In this document: positions 57,936 to 64,000 of the stretch, piece after piece
Numbering within the stretch: the first letter of the stretch is position 1
Layout: each line of letters begins with the position of its first letter
Source of the DNA: Chitinophaga pinensis
GTDB taxonomy: Bacteria > Bacteroidota > Bacteroidia > 2-12-FULL-35-15
Reading direction: 5' to 3'
Length of the DNA stretch: 64,000 bases
Assembly: GCA_945865315.1 (NCBI GenBank)
Contig: CAMBDK010000001.1
Location: 4,378 to 68,377 of the forward strand
Notes under the pieces: model-generated
What the model was told of the DNA's origin: nothing
Seen by the model: only the letters and a program-made list of their open reading frames with translations
The model's database searches: none
Made by a program: the position numbers and the translations under genes

Positions 57936-58948
57936 AAAACAGAACATTTTATATTTTTATATTATTGATATTATCTGCAAAAATGAATGCGCAGGTATTC
58001 GATACTGTATTTGAATACGATAAAGTTATAGTTTATGATACCATAAAAGTTTATGATACCGTAAAAGTAGAAGATAAAATATTGAAAAAATTACAAGGTT
58101 TTGAAAATAATTTTGAAAATAATTTTAATGCTGAAAGCGCTGTGTTAGCAATTGATACAGCCAGTAAAAAAGCAGAATTAGTACTCTTTAATAAAAATGA
58201 TACTGCAACCATTTCAATTAATAGCATCATACTAAGTGAACCAAATAAAAACTTAGAAAAAATGAAAAAAGAAATCTTATTATTGGCTGCTGCAGCAATG
58301 CTGAATCAGTCAGGTTTTGCTCAGGAAGGCAAAACAAATACCGCTACAAGCGAAGAAACTCTTCCCGGATTTACAATTGGTGTGGGGGCTGTTTTGGCTG
58401 CCACTATGGATGGATATGTCCAAGGGATACATTTGAAAGCAAACAAATTTGTTAATTCAAAATTAGGGTTTGGCATTAGCAGTGATATTGGAAGAATGCA
58501 TGAGAAAGGCTTTAATGGGGGAAGTGAAGTTGGAAATTTAGTAATAGGAAATACTAGTGGTCTCTATGCCAATTTTTTTGCTACCGCAAGCTATTACTTA
58601 TTGGGCAAAACAACAAGTAAAGCGGGCATGTATACTAAGTTAGGGATTGGAGTTCTTGGATACAGGACAGAACAAACTCAATCGGCAGTTGGCTATAGTA
58701 ATGTGTCTAAATCTAAATTATCAGCATCAAGTTTTTCTTCACAACTTTGTTTGGGCGTGGATTTCAAGCTTGGTAATGGAAGAGTGTTTACAGAAATTGA
58801 TGCCCTTCCGAGTTTTGTTGGACAGCGATCTCTTGTTATACTAAATTCCGATCCACCAGACCCAGCCTATAAAACAGTATTTCCTGATTGGAATTTTAAA
58901 AAACCATTGCAATCTAGTTTTCGCATTGGTTATGTAATCAATTTTTAA
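57932..58948 (+). CDS. Hypothetical outer-membrane beta-barrel-like protein with two signal-peptide-like segments
   Basis: N-terminal signal MKNRTFYIFILLILSAKMNA, then (V/Y)DT repeats, then a second signal MKKEILLLAAAAMLNQSGFA at residue 111. Alternating beta strands end in RIGYVINF. Confidence 0.65.
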   Translation: MKNRTFYIFILLILSAKMNAQVFDTVFEYDKVIVYDTIKVYDTVKVEDKILKKLQGFENNFENNFNAESAVLAIDTASKKAELVLFNKNDTATISINSIILSEPNKNLEKMKKEILLLAAAAMLNQSGFAQEGKTNTATSEETLPGFTIGVGAVLAATMDGYVQGIHLKANKFVNSKLGFGISSDIGRMHEKGFNGGSEVGNLVIGNTSGLYANFFATASYYLLGKTTSKAGMYTKLGIGVLGYRTEQTQSAVGYSNVSKSKLSASSFSSQLCLGVDFKLGNGRVFTEIDALPSFVGQRSLVILNSDPPDPAYKTVFPDWNFKKPLQSSFRIGYVINF

Positions 58949-58986
58949 ATTATTTGAGAGACTGCTTGTGAAAAAATTAAAGATGG

Positions 58987-59024
58987 TACAAAAAAAGCTG
59001 TTAGAAATAACAGTTTTTTTTGTA
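58987..59024 (+). terminator. Intrinsic terminator
   Basis: TACAAAAAAAGCTGTTA-GAAA-TAACAGTTTTTTTTGTA. Confidence 0.75.
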
Positions 59025-59227
59025 TAAAGCAATATCATTTAAGAAATTTTTGTAAATATTCTTCTAATTTATTATTAACAATACAGATATTAACAATTGA
59101 AATATGGTCTGTCCGAATTATATTTAATAGGGAATTATATTAAATAGTATATTTAATTAGTGAAGTATTTACTAATGCGATATAAATATAATTTTTATGT
59201 TATAGTTTTTAATTTGAATTTTAAATC

Positions 59228-59971
59228 ATGCCTGAACATAATTTAATTTGGTTATTTATTCCTTCCTTATTTGTTATTGCATTTCTTTATAGTTCAGTTG
59301 GACATGGAGGAGCTAGTGGTTACCTGGCATTAATGGCCATATTTAGTTTTCATCCTTCCATAATGAAATCTTCTGCACTTATTCTGAATATTTTTGTTTC
59401 TTTTTTATCCTTTTATCAATATTATACTGGCGGTTATTTTAAATGGCGACTGCTTATCCCATTTTTAATTACTTCCATTCCCGCTTCATTTATTGGTTCA
59501 TCCATTACATTAGACGTCCTAGCGTATAAAAAAATTCTTGGTATACTACTTATTTTCCCAATACTTCGGATTGTTGGTATAATTGGTAAAGATGTGGATA
59601 CAATTAAAGAAGTTAACTTTTTTTGGGCATTAATAATCGGTGGCATTATTGGTTTAGTCTCAGGTTTGATAGGGATTGGTGGTGGTATTATTTTAAGCCC
59701 TATTATATTATTGATGCATTGGGGAAATATGAAAGAAACAGCAGCAGTATCCGCCTTGTTTATATTTTTAAACTCTATTGCCGGTTTAATTGGACTTTTT
59801 ATAAAAGATGCAGTAATTTACAATCCTATTTATTTTTGGATAATTGTTGTATTAGCAGGTGGATCCTTAGGCGCTTATTTGGGCCGAAGTAAATTTGAAA
59901 GTAAAACCTTAAAAAGAATTCTTGCATTTGTTTTAATTATAGCAAGTTTTAAGCTATTAACTGTGAACTAA
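59228..59971 (+). CDS. TauE/SafE family sulfite-exporter-like membrane protein
   Basis: YSSVGHGGASGY, SGLIGIGGGIILSP, NSIAGL; about 8 TM. Confidence 0.88.
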   Translation: MPEHNLIWLFIPSLFVIAFLYSSVGHGGASGYLALMAIFSFHPSIMKSSALILNIFVSFLSFYQYYTGGYFKWRLLIPFLITSIPASFIGSSITLDVLAYKKILGILLIFPILRIVGIIGKDVDTIKEVNFFWALIIGGIIGLVSGLIGIGGGIILSPIILLMHWGNMKETAAVSALFIFLNSIAGLIGLFIKDAVIYNPIYFWIIVVLAGGSLGAYLGRSKFESKTLKRILAFVLIIASFKLLTVN

Positions 59972-60215
59972 TAATTATATATAAATTATGATAGACTTGT
60001 ATGTATATTTCAGTTTTATTTAATTTTTTTTATTTAAAATAATAGATCCATTTGAATATTTAAATCTTATTATTTATGCGGTTTGTTTATTTTAGGGGAA
60101 TTTAATTTTCATTTAGTAGCTCATCTTAATTTATGTGGAATAATATTTTGAGATAAATATTTTATAAAAAACGATAAATTGATTATTTATTTTTTAAAAA
60201 ACAACATAAGGTCTT

Positions 60216-60449
60216 ATGGATATGGAAGTGAAATTATTTGGTTCTTTGTCAGAAATGTTTGGTAAATCTATATTAAAAGTAAATGATTGTTATGATATTA
60301 AAACACTTAAAGAAAATTTGTTCATGGAATATCCAGAATTAAAGAATTGTGTATTTTTAATTTCCGTGGATAAAAAAGTAGTATTAAATAATCAGAAGCT
60401 TGAAGCAGAGAATGAAATTGCTTTTTTGCCACCATTTGCTGGTGGTTGA
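60216..60449 (+). CDS. moaD: Molybdopterin synthase sulfur carrier subunit
   Basis: 77-aa ubiquitin-like protein ending EIAFLPPFAGG. Confidence 0.92.
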   Translation: MDMEVKLFGSLSEMFGKSILKVNDCYDIKTLKENLFMEYPELKNCVFLISVDKKVVLNNQKLEAENEIAFLPPFAGG

Positions 60450-60492
60450 TATAAAAGTATTGATTTTTTAAAATATAAAATTATTAAATTAT

Positions 60493-61626
60493 TTGTTGAA
60501 TAAAGAAGAAATAGCGCATTATTCCAAACAACTTATACTTCCAGGTTTAGGCATAGAGGGACAAGAGAAAATTAAGAATGCCAAGGTGTTAGTTGTAGGA
60601 TTGGGAGGGTTGGGCTGCTCTGCTGCGCTGTACCTTACAGCTATGGGGGTGGGTAAAATCGGTGTCCTCGATTTTGATACAGTTGAAGTTTCTAATTTAC
60701 AAAGGCAGGTGCTTTATTCTTTAACAGATATTGGCTTATTAAAAGCGGAAGTAGCTTTTGCAAAACTTTCATTTCAAAACCCTTTTGTGAAAATTAGTAA
60801 ACATGCTGTTAAGCTGGATAATAAAAATGCTCTGGATATTTTCACTGATTATGATATTATTATTGATGGAACAGATAATTATGCTGCCCGTTACCTTATA
60901 AATGATGCATGCATATTGCTTAATAAGATTTTAATTTATGGCGCTATATATAAATTTGAGGGACAAGTTTCTGTTTTTAATTTAAAAACACATTCAGTTC
61001 TTGAAGCACCTACTTATCGTTGTCTGTTTCCCATTCCAGCAGCATTTGATAAGCTTCCTAATTGTTCTGAAATTGGTGTTGTTGGATTTTTGCCTGGTAT
61101 TATAGGAACACTTCAGGCTACAGAAGCAATAAAAATTATTACAGGCTTGGGTGAACCTCTTTCTGGAAAGCTTTTATTATTTAATGCATTAAGTTCGAAT
61201 TTTCAAACAATAGAATTTTCTAGAAATAATAATTGGATTGATATAGCACCCAAAAATAATACTGAATTTATTCAAATGGATTATGAATATTTTTGTAAAG
61301 CGCCAGACATTAAATTATCAAATGAATCCATTTCTATTGATGAACTTAAATTTATAATTGATAATAAAATAGATATTCAACTTATTGATGTTCGCGAACC
61401 CTTTGAGTATCCTCAAATTCATGAATTTGTAGATTTACATATCCCCTTAAGTGAAATTTATAATAAGCTACATTTGATTTCGGATAATAAAAAGGTTATT
61501 GTATACTGCAATACGGGGCTAAGAAGTAAACGTGCGATAACTATACTTGAAAAAGAATTTGGATTTAGTAATCTTCATTTTTTAGATGGTGGGGCACTGG
61601 AATGGATTAAAAATTTTCCAAATTAG
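60493..61626 (+). CDS. moeB: Molybdopterin-synthase adenylyltransferase with C-terminal rhodanese domain
   Basis: VGLGGLG, SNLQRQ, DGTDN, YRCLFP...NCSE, DVRE, YCNTGLRS. Confidence 0.92.
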   Translation: MLNKEEIAHYSKQLILPGLGIEGQEKIKNAKVLVVGLGGLGCSAALYLTAMGVGKIGVLDFDTVEVSNLQRQVLYSLTDIGLLKAEVAFAKLSFQNPFVKISKHAVKLDNKNALDIFTDYDIIIDGTDNYAARYLINDACILLNKILIYGAIYKFEGQVSVFNLKTHSVLEAPTYRCLFPIPAAFDKLPNCSEIGVVGFLPGIIGTLQATEAIKIITGLGEPLSGKLLLFNALSSNFQTIEFSRNNNWIDIAPKNNTEFIQMDYEYFCKAPDIKLSNESISIDELKFIIDNKIDIQLIDVREPFEYPQIHEFVDLHIPLSEIYNKLHLISDNKKVIVYCNTGLRSKRAITILEKEFGFSNLHFLDGGALEWIKNFPN

Positions 61627-61633
61627 AATTAAA

Positions 61634-62077
61634 ATGAAAGAAAAGAAAAAATCTAAAGTTTTTATTTTAGGACCAATTGCTCCTAATTTTATTTCGGATT
61701 CAATTGCCAAACATATTTCTAATAAAGAGATTGGTGCTCACGATATTTTTTTGGGTCAAGTAAGAAAAGATGTGCTCGGAAATAATATAGTGCAGGCTAT
61801 TGAATATTCCACCTATGAGGAAATGGCAGAGGTTAAATTTTACGAAATTCGTGAAGCTGCATTTGCGAAATTTGAAATTATTTGCATGCACATATACCAT
61901 AGCATTGGAATTGTGAATGCCGGTGAAATATGTTTTTTTGTTTTTGTATCGGCCAAGCATAGAAATATGGCTTTTGAAGCTTGTAGGTTTATTGTGGATC
62001 AAGTAAAGGTTTCAGTTCCTATATGGGGTAAGGAGATTTTTGAAGACAAAAATTTTATTTGGAAAGAGAATATTTAA
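61634..62077 (+). CDS. moaE: Molybdopterin synthase catalytic subunit
   Basis: [33 protein letters not shown]. Confidence 0.92.
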   Translation: MKEKKKSKVFILGPIAPNFISDSIAKHISNKEIGAHDIFLGQVRKDVLGNNIVQAIEYSTYEEMAEVKFYEIREAAFAKFEIICMHIYHSIGIVNAGEICFFVFVSAKHRNMAFEACRFIVDQVKVSVPIWGKEIFEDKNFIWKENI

Positions 62078-62099
62078 TTTATACAAAAATTCAGGTTTT

Positions 62100-63008
62100 A
62101 TGGTAGATATTACATTCAAATCAAATACCTTGAGAACAGCTATTGCTGTTGCAATTGTTAAGCTTAGCAAAAAGGAAACTGTAGAGGCCATCCTTAATAA
62201 AACTGTTCCTAAAGGGGATGTGTTTGAGATGGCTAAGGCCGCTGGTTTGTTTGCAGTAAAACGTACCAGTGATATGATCCCAGATTGCCATCCCTTACCT
62301 ATTGAGTTTACGGCTGTTAGGTACCAAATTATAAATTTAGAAATTCATATTGAAATGGAAGTGCATACTATTTATAAAACTGGAGTTGAGGTTGAGGCAA
62401 TGCATGGTGTTTCGGTAGTAGCATTAACAATTTACGACATGCTAAAACCTATTGATAAAGAAATGGAAATTAATACCTTAAAATTAAAGGAAAAGATGGG
62501 CGGCAAATCTGATTTTACAGATGCATACCGAACGAACCTAAAAGCTGCTGTAATTGTTTGTTCCGATAGTATTTCTGCTGGCATGAAGGAAGATAAGTCA
62601 GGTAAAGCAATTGTAAAAAAGTTAGAAAGCTGCAAAGTCTTAATTTCCGATTTTTCAATTATTCCGGACGAAATACTGGCAATCCAAAAAAAAATTCTAA
62701 GTCTTTATGAATTTAAAAACGATATCATTATTTTAACAGGAGGAACAGGCCTTTCACCTCGGGATGTAACTCCAGAGGCAATAAGGCCATTGCTTGATAA
62801 AGAAATCCCCGGAATTATGGAAGCTGCGCGTAATTATGGACAGGATAGAACTCCCTTATCTATGCTATCTAGAGGAGTGGCTGGGATGAAAGGCAATACA
62901 CTCATTATGGCATTGCCCGGTTCTACTAAGGGAGCAAAGGAATCCATGGATGCTCTATTTCCATTCGTTCTCCATGTTTTTCGAATTATAGATGGTGCCG
63001 AACATTAA
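62100..63008 (+). CDS. moaCB: Bifunctional MoaC/MoaB (MogA-like) molybdenum cofactor biosynthesis protein
   Basis: MVDIT.K, KGDV, IPDCHP, TGVEVEA, YDMLK (MoaC); [25 protein letters not shown] (MoaB). Confidence 0.93.
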   Translation: MVDITFKSNTLRTAIAVAIVKLSKKETVEAILNKTVPKGDVFEMAKAAGLFAVKRTSDMIPDCHPLPIEFTAVRYQIINLEIHIEMEVHTIYKTGVEVEAMHGVSVVALTIYDMLKPIDKEMEINTLKLKEKMGGKSDFTDAYRTNLKAAVIVCSDSISAGMKEDKSGKAIVKKLESCKVLISDFSIIPDEILAIQKKILSLYEFKNDIIILTGGTGLSPRDVTPEAIRPLLDKEIPGIMEAARNYGQDRTPLSMLSRGVAGMKGNTLIMALPGSTKGAKESMDALFPFVLHVFRIIDGAEH

Positions 63009-63155
63009 TATTCATCTTTATATAAATTTCTAGATTCTATAAATTATTTATTTTTTTCTTTCCCTGCTGTTGTCCGAATTTCCCCCACATTAATAATTTT
63101 TAATTTATATAAGGCATTTATACATTTATGTATGTTTTTATGTCGCATAAATATT

Positions 63156-63190
63156 ATTTTAGACAAGTCTAAAATTTATTTCTATATTTG
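63156..63190 (+). promoter_or_regulatory. DtxR/MntR-type operator palindrome next to the -7 box
   Basis: ATTTTAGAC-AA-GTCTAAAAT perfect 9-bp inverted repeat at 63156-63175; TATATTTG at 63183-63190. Confidence 0.75.
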
Positions 63191-63207
63191 TTTAAAAATA
63201 ATTATTG

Positions 63208-63867
63208 ATGAATTCCTTTACAGAAGAAAATTACCTAAAAGCAATATATAAACTTGTTCAATTAAGCGGCTTAGCGGTTAGCACAAATGCTATTGCTGAA
63301 AAGGTAAATACCTCTGCCGCATCAGTAACAGATATGCTTAAGAAGCTGTCGGATAAAAAATTGATTCATTATAAAAAATATCAAGGAGTTACGCTAAGTT
63401 CCAAAGGAGAAAAAGCAGCATTAAAAATCATTAGGAAACACCGGCTATGGGAAATGTTTTTAGTTGATATTTTAGATTTTAAATGGGATGAAGTGCATGA
63501 TATTGCGGAACAATTAGAACACGTTAATTCTGATAAATTAATTGAAAAAATAGATAAGTTTTTAAACCACCCAATTGTAGATCCTCACGGAGACCCTATA
63601 CCAGACGCCAATGGGAAGTTGAATAATCCTAAATCACATTTATTATCATTTTTTAACAAGAATGACGTTTGCATAATAACAGGTGTAGTAGATCATTCCA
63701 CTTCATTTTTACAATATTTGGATAAATCTGGCATTGCATTAGGGCATGAAATAAAAATAAAGGACATAATTAAATTTGATCGCTCACTTAAAATCACTAT
63801 AAATAAAGGTAATAATGTTTTCATAAGTAATGATGTAGCAAAAAATATACTGGCAATTAATAAATAA
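63208..63867 (+). CDS. mntR: DtxR/MntR family metal-dependent transcriptional regulator
   Basis: EENYLKAIY, SVTDMLKKL, RKHRLWE.FL, AEQLEH, DPHGDPIP, FeoA-like C-terminus. Confidence 0.9.
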   Translation: MNSFTEENYLKAIYKLVQLSGLAVSTNAIAEKVNTSAASVTDMLKKLSDKKLIHYKKYQGVTLSSKGEKAALKIIRKHRLWEMFLVDILDFKWDEVHDIAEQLEHVNSDKLIEKIDKFLNHPIVDPHGDPIPDANGKLNNPKSHLLSFFNKNDVCIITGVVDHSTSFLQYLDKSGIALGHEIKIKDIIKFDRSLKITINKGNNVFISNDVAKNILAINK

Positions 63868-64000
63868 TGAGAGAATTTACAAGTAAATCACTTGAAGAGG
63901 TTAACGAAAGTATTGACACTACAAATAAAAGAGGTTTCTGGAAAAAGCTTTTTGCTTTTATTGGTCCTGCTTATTTAGTTAGTGTTGGATATATGGATCC
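63867..64000 (+). CDS. mntH: Nramp family Mn2+/Fe2+ transporter, partial (runs off the right edge)
   Basis: Manual translation MREFTSKSLEEVNESIDTTNKRGFWKKLFAFIGPAYLVSVGYMD(P) matches the Nramp TM1 GP...S.GYMDPGN motif; TAATG coupling to mntR. Confidence 0.88.
   Translation, partial: MREFTSKSLEEVNESIDTTNKRGFWKKLFAFIGPAYLVSVGYMD

Overview
AT-rich Bacteroidota chromosomal segment. The assignment rests on T9SS C-terminal sorting signals on several proteins, TAnnTTTG -7 promoter boxes and a MurF-Alr fusion. Much of it is housekeeping (folK, deoxynucleoside kinase, ABC-F, rfaD, mqnD, trhO, fabD, folE, queD, accC-like, rpoN, nrdJ). It also carries: (i) T9SS cargo genes (two choice-of-anchor-L paralogues flanking a CotH kinase, a 1721-aa repeat adhesin, an SGNH hydrolase, an 8-repeat propeller protein); (ii) a urate/allantoin catabolic cluster (puuD <> allB, DUF962, alc, uraD, uraH) with no recognisable ureidoglycolate lyase or malate synthase, ending instead in an uncharacterised CitE/malyl-CoA-lyase-fold protein, the best candidate for an undescribed activity; (iii) an Mpo1-like/SGNH/sphingomyelinase-like trio; (iv) two diverged copies of a ~190-bp TIR-bounded MITE-like element; (v) tandem DUF1571-LysM paralogues; (vi) a stand-alone protein with a caspase/CHAT-like His-Cys dyad; (vii) a molybdopterin biosynthesis cluster interrupted by an ORF with two signal peptides; (viii) mntR-mntH with a clean operator palindrome at the right edge. 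No rRNA, tRNA, CRISPR array or intact transposase was seen. All family assignments come from motif recognition by eye, not from database searches.
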